A DNA stretch of 64,000 nt from an uncultured candidatus Porisulfidus sp. (GTDB taxonomy: Bacteria; Pseudomonadota; Gammaproteobacteria; Poriferisulfidales; Poriferisulfidaceae): contig OZ220480.1 of the NCBI GenBank assembly GCA_965116025.1, positions 1,248,001 through 1,312,000 of the forward strand. Direction: 5' to 3'. Shown here piece by piece: positions 52,473-62,704 of this stretch (position 1 is the first letter of the stretch; every line of letters starts with the position of its first letter). The notes beneath the pieces were generated by a model that did not search any database, was not told the DNA's origin, and saw nothing but the letters and a program-made list of their open reading frames with translations. The position numbers were made by a program, and so were the translations under genes.

Positions 52473-55400
52473 ATGACCAAGAGCCTTTCCGTTTTCGAGA
52501 TTCGCGCCGCGCTTCGCGGGGCCTCGTCGTCTTCCTGCATAGGGGGGGGGGGGGGGGGGGGGGGGGCATAGCCTCCGTTTCCTGACCGTTCTGGCCGGAT
52601 TCACGGCCTTTCTCGCGGTTCCGCACACCGCCGTCGCGGTAGATGAGTGCGGTGCTACCAGCGCGGTCACCTGCGGCGACGCGAGTTACACGTCCACCAG
52701 CGACTCCCCGATCAAGTATCAGGATAAGACCGGGGGTCTGACCTTGACCGTGAAGCCTACCGGGGCGGGCACGGTCACCATCACCGCCTCGGCGCTTCCC
52801 ACGAGCGCGAGCGCGGCGTTCCCGGGGATCCACCTGAACGGACACGGAACCCTGAAAGTCGTTCTGGATGGCGCCGTGAAAGTCGTGAACGGGGCGACCC
52901 GTACGACGGTGGAGGCCACGTTTGGGGACGGGAAGGAGACGTTCATCGACCCGGCTTACAAGCGCGGCTCGCAAAACGACGGGGTGTACGTGGCGTACGA
53001 CAAGGACGACGAGACGGCGACGGGCATGGTGGAGGTGATGGTGGGGAAGGACGCGATGATCGGGAGCGCGACGGCGCCGGCGGGACGGTACGGGGTTCAC
53101 GCCGCGTTCGTGGACGCGGACGGCGGCGGTACCAATTATCCGGCCGGGAAGATCAAGGTGACGAACGCGGGGGAGGTTTACGGACATTACGCGGGGATTT
53201 ACGCGAAGCACGAAGGAAAGGGCGATATCGAGATCGAGACGTTGGAGGGGAGCGTGACGTCGATGGGGATCCGGGCGATCTCGAACACGGATGATCGGAA
53301 CGGTCGGGGCGGGAATATCACCATTCGTCATCATGGCACGATCATGGTCAAGAATCCGGTTCGGTACGCGAAGCTGATCACGGCGGGCGTGGCCACGCCG
53401 CTGGATGAAGACTTGGCGACCAGCAGTAGCCGGAACAGAGGCGGGATATTCGTTTGGCATCGAGACAAGACGAGGAACACCGTCGCGAAGGAGGTCAGCA
53501 GCTCGATCCTGATCGAGTCGAGCGGCGACATCGATGTCGTCGCCGATCCGGTGCATAGCATTGACGTGAACGGGATCATGGTGGTGACGTATGGGAACGA
53601 AAATCCCAACGAAAATTCCGTGGTTCCGGTGACGGTCGACGTGACGGGAGGGACGATCACGGCGGGCGACCAGGGAGGAACCAAGCCGGGGTCTGGAGTT
53701 TACGTTTATTCCTATGGTCACGCCGGCGGGCTCATCAAGGTGGACTTCGCGGGCGAGATCGCCCGGACGGGCGGTGCGGGAGACGGGATCCGCATTTACC
53801 ATGAAAGCGATATCGCCGATGTCAATGGGGATGTCGAGGTGACGCTGAAGTCCGGGGCGCGGATCGGGATGGAGGGGGACGAGCCGACCGTGGGCCGGCA
53901 TGGCGTGTCGGTTGATCAGAGAGTTGATGGCGGGGCGACCAAGGTGACGGTTTCCGAAGGGGCGCGGATCGGAACCGAGGGGACTCCGGTCGGCGGGCAC
54001 GGCGTGTACGCCATATCCGACTCCCCTGACGATGAGGGCGCCATCACGATCACCAACGAGGGCTTCATCCACGCGAAGGGCTCGGGAGTGGCCACCTTGC
54101 ATCTGGGCTGGGACGATATGGTCGTGATGCACCTGAAAGGGGAGATCGTCGCGGGCGACGGGCCCGATATCCTTGATCCGTTCAAGGGGGATGACAAGAC
54201 GAAGCTGGCGGACCTGAAAGGCAGGACCGCCGGCATCCTCGCCGTTCATTTGAGCTCGCAGCCCAAGCCGCTTCCCGGCAAGAGTATCAGCAATACCGAT
54301 CCCTCCACCTACGAGTCCGACATTGGGGAGATCAAGATCACGTCGAAGGCGGACATCACGTCGAAGGGCGACGGGATTCTCGCCTACGTGAAAGACTTTG
54401 ACGATGTGGGGGCCAGGAGCCCCAAGATGAGAGTCCCGATCACGATCGACGTTGCGGGCGGGACGATCACGGCGGACGGGCATGGCGTCTACGCGGAGAC
54501 GGCCACCATCTACCAGGGCACCTACGCGGGGACGGAGACCACCTACGACGACGCGACGAAAGCCGGGAGGATCGAGGTCACGGTAGGCGAGATGGCGACG
54601 ATCCGGGCCAAGAAGGACGGGGTGCATGTCAAGGGGATGCGGACGTTCGCGTCCGACCACGCCAGGAAGGGGCAATACGACCAGACGGTCACCATCAACG
54701 GCAAGGTGATGGGCGGCGCTGGCGAGCATGCTGGCGTTCGGATGGTGAATGGCGGGACGCTGGTGATCGGGCCGAAGGCGGAGATCGGCGCGATGTCGGG
54801 GATCGCGGTGAGCGCGGACAAGGCGCTGCAGGTCACTCTGAAGGAGAACGAGCATGGGCAGATCGCGTTCGTCATGGGGAAATTCCTGAACAGTGGAGAG
54901 GACGCGCCGAACGTCTTCCAGCGCGAGTCGACGGCCGGCATGGCGAAGACGATAGCCGTGGGGGACGCGGTGAAGGCGACGTCGGGGAAGACGGGGACGC
55001 ATGGGGTGTATGACGCGGTGTTCGAGCGGATGGTCACGCTGAAGTCGATCACGGGGGGGCACCAGTTCGAGGCGGGCGCGGAGAAGGAGATCAGCCGGAC
55101 GTACCATGCCCGGGCTCGGGTGTACGAGGCGTTGCCGTCGGTGCTGCTGGAGATGAGCGCGCCGGGTGGTCGTCAGGCGCGTTTGTCGGCGACGCGAGAC
55201 GGCGGGGGCGCGTGGGCTCGGGTCTTGGCGAGCGACGGCGAGCGGGAGGCGGATATGTCCACGACGGAGATGGACGATGCGGGTCGCGCGCTGTCTTGGG
55301 ACTTCGAGCGCTGGGGCGTGGAGACGGGCTTCGTCGTTCCCACGGACGCGCCGGGGCTGATGCTGGGCGTGAGCGCGCATTACCGCGACGGCGAGGCGGA

Positions 55401-56007
55401 CGTCGCGCGTGGCGGGAAGATCGAGGTCTCGGGCGTGGGCGTCGGGGCATCGGCGACCTGGCGGGGGGAGGACGGCTGGTACGCGGACGGGGAGCTCTCG
55501 TACACGCGTTTCGAGGATGTCGATTTGAGCTCGGAGACTCGGGGGATGGTGGCGTCCGGTCTGGACGGAGAGGGTCACGCGATCGGCGTGGAGATCGGCA
55601 GGCGCATGGAGATGGACGGCCTGGCGGTGATCCCGCGCGGGGGGCTGACCTGGTCGTCGGTGGACATGGACGATTTCGCCGACGTGTCGGGCGTGGCCGG
55701 AAGCGGTCGAGTGGAGTTCAGCTCGGAGGACAGCCTCAGGGCGCGGATCGGGGCGTTATTGGAGAACGGCCAGACGTACGCGTCTTTGGACGTGGAGCAT
55801 GAATTGTCGGAGGATCGCGCCGTGATGGCGTCGGGGACGCGGCTGGTATCGGAGGCGGAGTCGACGTGGGCGCGAGTTGGCGTTGGGGGCGTGATGACGC
55901 TGGACGCGCAAGGGGAGTCGACGCTATCGGGGGAGGCGCATTACGCGGCGTCGGATGGCGATAATCACGATTACGGCGCGAGCGTTCTGCTGAAGGTTCG
56001 CTTCTGA
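52473..56007 (+). CDS. Autotransporter (type Va) surface protein 2, frameshifted at a poly-G tract
   Basis: ATG 52473, 23 codons, G25, then HSLRFLTVLAGFTAFLAVPHTAVA in frame with ORF 52744..56007; paralogue of 13085..16532; ends LKVRF. Confidence 0.85.
52542..52566 (+). repeat. G25 homopolymer in the signal-peptide coding region
   Basis: Direct count of 25 G; out of frame, giving GCA TAG immediately after. Confidence 0.9.
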
Positions 56008-56019
56008 CCGACTTGTGAT

Positions 56020-56065
56020 CGCGGCCCCGGCGTTCAAGCCGGGGCCGCGCGCCTTTTCTTATTTC
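56020..56065 (+). terminator. Rho-independent terminator after autotransporter 2
   Basis: 12-bp stem identical to that at 16545, GTTCAA loop, followed by CCTTTTCTTATTT. Confidence 0.75.
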
Positions 56066-56162
56066 GCTAGTAACCGATTGGATCTTTCTGTGGGTTCAAC
56101 AGAGATGGCGAGATTCCCAACTCTCTCCCGCGAGCGTTCGCGGTTCGTTTCCCGTTGATGCA

Positions 56163-57836
56163 TCAAGTCCGTCTTCGGATTTTCTCCCAAGCGTCCCGCA
56201 GGTTCACCGTGCGATTGAAAATTAGATGATCCGGGGCGGATTCCGTGTCTTGGCAAAAATAGCCCTGTCTCTCGAACTGGACCCGCGCGCGCGTTGGCAG
56301 GCGACGAATCTCCGGCTCGATTCGACACCCGAGCATATCGATTCGGGAGTGTTCATTAAGCGCGGCCGTCAGGTCGGCTTCGGCCGCCGGGTCGGGAACT
56401 TTGAACAAGCGGTCGTATAACCGAATCTCGGAGGGCACGGCATGCTCGACCGCAACCCAATGTAGCGTTCCGCGAACCTTGCGTCCATCCGGCGAATCTC
56501 CCCCGCGCGTTTCCGGGTCGTAGACGCAGCGCAGGGCGACGATATCGCCATTGGCGTTCCGCTCGACTTCTTGGCAGGTGATGAAATAGGCGTATCGCAG
56601 GCGGACCTCCCGGCCCGGCGCGAGGCGGAAGAATTTCTTCGGCGGATTCTCCAGAAAATCGGATCGCTCGATGTAAATCTCGCGCCCGAACGGAATCTTG
56701 CGTACGCCCATGGCGGGATCGTTCGGGTGGTTGGGCGCCGTCAGCATTTCGGTCTCGCCCTCTGGGTAGTTGGTCAGAACGACTCGAATCGGGTCAAGAA
56801 CCGCCATCAGGCGCCGCGCTCGTGCGTTCAAGGCATGCCGTATGCTGTCTTCCAGCACGTTCATGGCGATCCGGCTGTCTTTCTTGGTCACGCCGATCGC
56901 CTCGCAGAAGTTCCGGATCGATTCCGGCGTGTAACCGCGGCGGCGAAGGCCACGCAGAGTTGGCAAGCGCGGGTCGTCCCAGCCATCCACATGTCCGTCT
57001 TGGACCAGTCGCTGCAACAGGCGCTTGCTGACCACGGTGTACTCCAGAGACAGGCGAGAAAACTCGATCTGCTGGGGGTGGCAAGGAACGTCCAGATGGT
57101 CGAGGATCCAGTCGTATAGCAGGCGGTGATCCTCGAACTCAAGCGTGCACAGGGAATGGGTTATGCCCTCCAGAGAATCGGATAGACAGTGGGTGAAGTC
57201 GTACATAGGATAGATCGACCAGGCGTTCCCTGTTCGATGATGCCGTTGCCGGCGGATTCGGTACAGAACAGGATCACGCATATTGATGTTGTCGGAGTCC
57301 ATGCTGATGCGCGCCCGTAGCACATGCGCTCCCTCAGGAAACTCGCCCGCTCGCATGCGCGCGAACAGATCCAGATTTTCCTTGACGCCGCGACCGCGAT
57401 AAGGGCTTTCAATCCCCGGCTCCGTCAACGTGCCACGGGTTTTCCGGATGGTCTCGCCGTCTTGGCTGTCGATATAGGCGTGCCCGTTGCGGATCAGGTC
57501 CACCGCGTATTCGTGCAGCTGGTCGAAATAGTCCGAGGCGTGGAGCAGATTCCGCCATTCGTAGCCCAGCCAGCGCACGTCCTCCTCAATCGCGTAGGCG
57601 TATTCGGCTTCTTCTTTTTCGGGATTGGTGTCGTCGAAACGCAAGTTGCAGTGTCCGTCGAAAGACTCCGCCATGTCGAAGTTCAGGCAGATGGACTTGG
57701 CGTGTCCAATATGCAGGTATCCGTTCGGCTCCGGTGGGAACCGGGTGACGACTCGCGCGCATTCGCCCGAGTCCAAGTCTTCTTTGATAAGCCGCCGGAT
57801 GAAGTGGGTTTTCGACGGGGATTCCGATTCTGGCAT
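56163..57836 (-). CDS. glnS: Glutamine--tRNA ligase
   Basis: TRFPPEPNGYLHIGHAK, RFDDTNP, CTLEF, GWDDPR; likely start ATG 57836. Confidence 0.97.
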   Translation of the reverse strand: MPESESPSKTHFIRRLIKEDLDSGECARVVTRFPPEPNGYLHIGHAKSICLNFDMAESFDGHCNLRFDDTNPEKEEAEYAYAIEEDVRWLGYEWRNLLHASDYFDQLHEYAVDLIRNGHAYIDSQDGETIRKTRGTLTEPGIESPYRGRGVKENLDLFARMRAGEFPEGAHVLRARISMDSDNINMRDPVLYRIRRQRHHRTGNAWSIYPMYDFTHCLSDSLEGITHSLCTLEFEDHRLLYDWILDHLDVPCHPQQIEFSRLSLEYTVVSKRLLQRLVQDGHVDGWDDPRLPTLRGLRRRGYTPESIRNFCEAIGVTKKDSRIAMNVLEDSIRHALNARARRLMAVLDPIRVVLTNYPEGETEMLTAPNHPNDPAMGVRKIPFGREIYIERSDFLENPPKKFFRLAPGREVRLRYAYFITCQEVERNANGDIVALRCVYDPETRGGDSPDGRKVRGTLHWVAVEHAVPSEIRLYDRLFKVPDPAAEADLTAALNEHSRIDMLGCRIEPEIRRLPTRARVQFERQGYFCQDTESAPDHLIFNRTVNLRDAWEKIRRRT

Positions 57837-57883
57837 GGAAAGCAAGGGCTGGGGTTTGGCTATTTTAGCGGCAGGGCGCGCGA

Positions 57884-59239
57884 TCACTTCGTCGCGTCCG
57901 TCGGTTTGGCATCGGTCACTTTCGCCGAGATCGAGCCGTCGGCAACGCGCAGATCAAAAGCGTCGCCGACGCGGGCTTGCCCGGCCTCGCGAATTATCTT
58001 AGGGCCGTTTGGAGTCTTCAGGGTGGCGATCGCGTAGCCGCGCTCAAGCGTCCGTAATGGACTGACGGCTTCCAGCGTTCCGCTGGCCTGATCCAGTCTC
58101 GCCCGCAAGGCCTGACGCAGATTTCTCGATGCCGCGTCGAGTCGCCATTGGTATTGCTGGGCAGCGCGCTCCAATTCGTCGAGACGAGTCTTTGGCGAGC
58201 AGGAGAGCAAGCGGCGATGAGACAGGGTCAATCGATGTGATCGTCGTTCCACATGTCGCCGCGGCGCCTGGACCAGGCGTTCGAAGATTTCATCCAGTCG
58301 TTGCTGGTGTCCTTGAATTTTGGCCGCCGGGTGGGCTAGGTCAAGCCGGTGGGATAGATGGTCCAAGGCTTGTTGGGCCTGCTTTAATCGCGCACTGAGA
58401 AGGCTGTGGATCCGTGCCAGAAATCGCTCGCTTCGCTGTTTCAGCGCAGCGACGTCTGGGCTCGCCAGTTCGGCCGCGGCGGTCGGGGTGGCGGCCCGGA
58501 CATCGGCCGCGAGATCTGCCAGCGAAGTGTCGGTCTCGTGGCCGACTCCGGTAATCAGTGGAATCTCGCAGGCGGCCACCGCTCGTACGACCATCTCGTC
58601 GCTGAACGCCAGCAAATCCTCAAGACTGCCGCCGCCGCGAGCCAGAATCAGCACATCGCAACGATTGTCCCGACAAGCGAGATTCAAGGCCCGGACCAGA
58701 GTGGCGGGAGCTCCTTCTCCTTGGACTCTCGACGGGTACACAAGGAGCCGGGCGACCGGCCAGCGACGCCGCAAGGCTCGCGCCACATCCCGCAAGGCCG
58801 CGCCATCGCTGGAAGTGACCACACCAATCGTCATGGGGTAGGGGGGAAGAGGGAGTTTTCGATCCGAATCGAACAGCCCCTCATCCCTAAGCCTGATCCT
58901 CATCTCTTCCAGGCGCCGTAGCAACTCTCCCCGTCCCTCCGGCTTCATGTCCTCAATGACGAGCTGGTAGGTGCCTCGCTGCACATACAGATCGACCCGA
59001 GCCATCACCTGGACGGCATCCCCATCCTTAGGGTCGAACGCAACCCGCTGATTCTGGGTCTGGAACATGGCGCAACGGATCTCCGAGGCCGAGTCCTTAA
59101 GGGTGAAATACCAGTGGCCGGACGCGTATCGCCTTAGGCCGCTGATTTCCCCGCGCACGACGACCTCCGAGAAGTTTTCCAGCAATAACGCGCGAACCCG
59201 CTGGTTTATTTCTGCGACGGTATAGACGGAATCGGACAT
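57884..59239 (-). CDS. xseA: Exodeoxyribonuclease VII large subunit
   Basis: SGHWYFTLKD, ARGGGSLEDL, GVGHETD, TPTAAAE, LERGYA. Confidence 0.96.
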   Translation of the reverse strand: MSDSVYTVAEINQRVRALLLENFSEVVVRGEISGLRRYASGHWYFTLKDSASEIRCAMFQTQNQRVAFDPKDGDAVQVMARVDLYVQRGTYQLVIEDMKPEGRGELLRRLEEMRIRLRDEGLFDSDRKLPLPPYPMTIGVVTSSDGAALRDVARALRRRWPVARLLVYPSRVQGEGAPATLVRALNLACRDNRCDVLILARGGGSLEDLLAFSDEMVVRAVAACEIPLITGVGHETDTSLADLAADVRAATPTAAAELASPDVAALKQRSERFLARIHSLLSARLKQAQQALDHLSHRLDLAHPAAKIQGHQQRLDEIFERLVQAPRRHVERRSHRLTLSHRRLLSCSPKTRLDELERAAQQYQWRLDAASRNLRQALRARLDQASGTLEAVSPLRTLERGYAIATLKTPNGPKIIREAGQARVGDAFDLRVADGSISAKVTDAKPTDATK

Positions 59240-59301
59240 GGAAGGAGGGCTTTTCTTTCAGGGAATTGTAGGCCATATGCTAAAATTCTCACCCGAAATG
59301 A

Positions 59302-59378
<77 letters not shown>

Positions 59379-59552
59379 CCGAGGCTAGCCTTTGACGATG
59401 GGGCACCGATTTCCCCGCTCCCGGTTCATAGCGGAGAGGGACGGTCGCTGACACATTGCCCAGTTGGCGACGACGGCATGGGAAACGCCCCTGATGGCTA
59501 TGATTGCCGTGATATGCTTCGTGCGGCGTAGCGCAAAGATGGACATACCATC

Positions 59553-60899
59553 ATGGATCTGATCAGTCTCAAGAACTTTCGTTGCTTTCACGACGAACAG
59601 GAAGCTCGCCTCGCGCCGCTGACCTTGCTCGTCGGCGACAACAGCACGGGAAAAACGTCCTTGATGGCCATGATTCGGGTGCTTTGCGAAGTGGCCTACT
59701 CGGACAGGATTCCCAATTTCAAGGAAGAACCCTACGATCTTGGAGGTTTTGACGATATCGTCCACTACCGTGGACCGCGAGGCGGACGAACTGATTCGTT
59801 CAAAGCGGGGTTTGAGACGAAACCCAATCATTCCCGTGGCAGTTCGTTCCGCTTCTCTGTCGTCTTTAAGCGCGGTGAGGGAGGTCCTATTCCTGTTCGG
59901 CGGCATCTGTTACGGAACGGTATTTGGTTCGAGGAGAACCAGGAAAAGAAAGAATTTTTGGAGTTTCGAATCGGAACCTCCAGGGGCTCATGGAAATTCG
60001 CGCTCCCGGCAAGGTATGCTTCCTCGTCTTCGAACCTTTCCGTAATGTGGCCGTTTGGTTTCGCGTTACGGTATTACAGATATCGGGATGATAATGGCCT
60101 GCGATGTACGCCTTTGAAAGGCTCTCCCGAATTCACTGAACAGGATTTGAATGAAGCCAGAAAAGTAGTCGCTGGATCCGTTAGTAGCGTGTATCGCCCT
60201 CACTTTCTCAGGGTGCCTTACGCGAGCGCGCCGGTCCGTTCTAAACCGCGTCGCACGTATGATCCGGCGCAGGTCGTATCTGATCCCCAAGGCGATTATG
60301 TCCCGATGTATCTCGCGAACATGTACATTCGGGACAAGGATCGGTGGCTGTCTCTGAAGAATGCGCTGGAGGGCTTTGGACGCGCCTCTGGCTTGTTCGA
60401 CGAAATTGATATCAAGCAATTAGGGAAGAGAGAGAACGAGCCTTTTCAGTTGCAGATCAGAAAATTCAGCGGGAGATTGAAAGGTCCTCCGCGCAATATG
60501 ATTGATGTTGGCTATGGCATAAGCCAAGTGTTGCCAGTGATTACCGAATTGTTGCGTCCTGACGCGCCATCAATGTTTCTTCTGCAACAACCTGAGGTTC
60601 ACCTCCACCCAAGCGCTCAAGCTGCCCTCGGGAGCTTTTTCTGCGAGATCGCTCAACCAAACCGTCAAATTTTCGTCGAGACCCATAGCGATCATCTGCT
60701 GGATCGCGTGCGTACGGACGTGCGCGATGGAAAGGGAAAGCTGAAGCCTGACGATGTGTCGATTCTCTACTTCGAGCGCAATAAGCTGGATGTTCGTATC
60801 CATTCGCTGATGCTGGATCAAGAAGGAAACGTTCTGAACGCGCCGCAAGGCTATCGCAGGTTTTTCTTGGAAGAAACGAAACGGTCGTTGGGCCTCTGA
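59553..60899 (+). CDS. ABC-type ATPase (AAA_21/DUF3696-like)
   Basis: Walker A GDNSTGKTS, VGYGISQVLP signature, FLLQQPEVHLHP, VETHSDH. Confidence 0.88.
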   Translation: MDLISLKNFRCFHDEQEARLAPLTLLVGDNSTGKTSLMAMIRVLCEVAYSDRIPNFKEEPYDLGGFDDIVHYRGPRGGRTDSFKAGFETKPNHSRGSSFRFSVVFKRGEGGPIPVRRHLLRNGIWFEENQEKKEFLEFRIGTSRGSWKFALPARYASSSSNLSVMWPFGFALRYYRYRDDNGLRCTPLKGSPEFTEQDLNEARKVVAGSVSSVYRPHFLRVPYASAPVRSKPRRTYDPAQVVSDPQGDYVPMYLANMYIRDKDRWLSLKNALEGFGRASGLFDEIDIKQLGKRENEPFQLQIRKFSGRLKGPPRNMIDVGYGISQVLPVITELLRPDAPSMFLLQQPEVHLHPSAQAALGSFFCEIAQPNRQIFVETHSDHLLDRVRTDVRDGKGKLKPDDVSILYFERNKLDVRIHSLMLDQEGNVLNAPQGYRRFFLEETKRSLGL

Positions 60900-60901
60900 T
60901 C

Positions 60902-61375
60902 GTGTGCGCCATCGTCGACGCGAATGTGGTCGGGGAGATGTTTGGGCATGATAAATCAGAGGCGGGCAGGAAATTTTTCGAGTGGCTTGACAGTGGCAAG
61001 GGGATTTTGGTTGCTGGTGGCAAAGTATCCGAGGAACTCGGTCAATCAGAACAGTTTCGGGAATGGGCGCGAAGCGCGCTTCTTGCAGGACAGGGACAAT
61101 TGCGGATTATGGATAAGGAGGCTGTGGTAAGGCGGACAGAAGAGATCAAGAAAGAGGGCACGTGCCGGTCTGATGGCCCGCACGTTCTCGCCTTGGCGCA
61201 AATCAGCGGGGCTCGTTTGCTGTACTCGAACGACCGGGACCTGCACCAAGACTTCAGGGACAAGGCTTTGGTAGACAATCCGCGCGGAAAAATTTATTCG
61301 ACGCTGAATAGTGGAGCACTGACGAAATCCCATAGGGAGTTGCTCGCGAAAAAAGATCTTTGCCGCTCCAAATGA
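60902..61375 (+). CDS. PIN-like domain protein
   Basis: CAIVDAN N-terminus, SD.PHVLALA, LYSNDRDL; 2 nt after the ATPase stop. Confidence 0.7.
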   Translation: MCAIVDANVVGEMFGHDKSEAGRKFFEWLDSGKGILVAGGKVSEELGQSEQFREWARSALLAGQGQLRIMDKEAVVRRTEEIKKEGTCRSDGPHVLALAQISGARLLYSNDRDLHQDFRDKALVDNPRGKIYSTLNSGALTKSHRELLAKKDLCRSK

Positions 61376-61468
61376 TGTGTGGGTCCTCGCTATTGGAAAA
61401 GGCGAAGCCCGTCGACCAAGCGGATGCGGAATTCAAGCGTGATCATTGAGCGAGAAGCAGGCGCTCGG

Positions 61469-62704
61469 GTGAGCGCATATGCAGTGGAATCCTCCTTTGG
61501 CTGGCTGGATCTAGACGAGAATGCCAGCGAACGAGTGAGCGAGTTGCTCCGCTCGCTCGAAGAGCCGACGACTCTCGACGTTCTTGGCTTGGGCGTTATT
61601 CGCGACGTTTTCTCGACGAAGCTGAGTCCGGGCACGTCGACGATCCAGACCCGGCTCCGTTATTTTATTTTTCTGCCGTGGATCTTCCGACGGATCGAGA
61701 TCGAGCGCGTCGCTCCGGGCGATTTCACCGACAGGCTCCACCGCGATGAGGCAAGGCTCATAGATCGTCTCCGGCATCTCGGCCAAAATCAAGGGGTGAT
61801 TGGTTACAGCGCGGGAAGGAGCCTCAAGCGAATGCCGAGCGCGGTCTATTGGGGCGGACTGGGCTCTTGGGGCGTTCGAAGGCTTGACCTCAGTCTCACC
61901 GAGTATGGCAAGCGAGCGTTCGCTGTCGGGCGAATCCGGGACGAGCGCGATGACGATGGAGACGTAACGAAGCGACCCGTGTCAATGTGGTCGGCCAGCC
62001 CTCCATTACCTGAGGATTTTCTGTGGGAGGACCTCACCTTTGATCTTGAGCGCGAAGAGGCTTGGTTCTTGGCTGACCATATCCGGCGGCACCATCCTGA
62101 TTCCTTGCTAGCGGCCTTGTGCGGCATATCGAGCCGAGAATGCGACGTTCCCTATCCGTGGGATTTGTCGACGCGCGTGCTGTCCGCGCTACCCAATTCT
62201 CTCACGGAGACACTGCGCCACGCCCGTTGTTTTTCGGAATTAACCCTTGGACCTCAACTCGTCTACAACATGCTTCTCGCGCGAAAGGCGAGAAACGAGC
62301 TCGGATGGGACACGGATGCCTTGGAAGTGGACCAGCGTGACGGTCTCCACGAATGGGGACTGTTGATTCGCGACCGACATGAAGCGCTACGCTCTTGGGT
62401 TGACGACCTCCCAGAGTTTTGGCGTATCTTGGCTGGGTGCCGCGTCGGGGCCGCTACCAGGGATTTCGTGGGGGAAATGGTCCGACGCGCTGTGGACGAT
62501 CCAGATGGATTTCCTGAAGACCGTCGGGTCCATGTGCTGATCCGCCATCGTGAGCTTTTGCTCAAGGGGAAGCGAGCCCGGCTGACCCAACGGACGGCAT
62601 TGGAAAAATGGAACCAAAAGCCTATGGGGCTTCAGCTTGACTACCGATGGCCCATCACCAAAAGCTATCTCGCGGATCTCGCCGCGGCTGGATTGGAAGC
62701 TTGA
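61469..62704 (+). CDS. DUF6361-like protein
   Basis: SSFGWLD, DVLGLG.IRD.F...L.PGTSTIQTRLRYF.F.PW, PS.VYW.GL, LDYRW; start uncertain (61379/61469/61484). Confidence 0.75.
   Translation: MSAYAVESSFGWLDLDENASERVSELLRSLEEPTTLDVLGLGVIRDVFSTKLSPGTSTIQTRLRYFIFLPWIFRRIEIERVAPGDFTDRLHRDEARLIDRLRHLGQNQGVIGYSAGRSLKRMPSAVYWGGLGSWGVRRLDLSLTEYGKRAFAVGRIRDERDDDGDVTKRPVSMWSASPPLPEDFLWEDLTFDLEREEAWFLADHIRRHHPDSLLAALCGISSRECDVPYPWDLSTRVLSALPNSLTETLRHARCFSELTLGPQLVYNMLLARKARNELGWDTDALEVDQRDGLHEWGLLIRDRHEALRSWVDDLPEFWRILAGCRVGAATRDFVGEMVRRAVDDPDGFPEDRRVHVLIRHRELLLKGKRARLTQRTALEKWNQKPMGLQLDYRWPITKSYLADLAAAGLEA

Noticed and set aside
51946-55578. 1210-aa minus-strand ORF, and similar long antisense ORFs such as 10904..12910 and 14040..16007
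   Set aside because: Shadow frames of real genes in high-GC DNA; Arg/Pro/His-rich with no motifs.
56020-56049. GTTCAA hairpin loop as a tRNA T-arm fragment or att site
   Set aside because: No acceptor stem or CCA context, the other copy has GTTTCAA, and a T-rich tail follows, consistent with a terminator.
59385-59906. 173-aa minus-strand ORF after tRNA-fMet as an integrase
   Set aside because: No recombinase motifs; mostly antisense to the ATPase.
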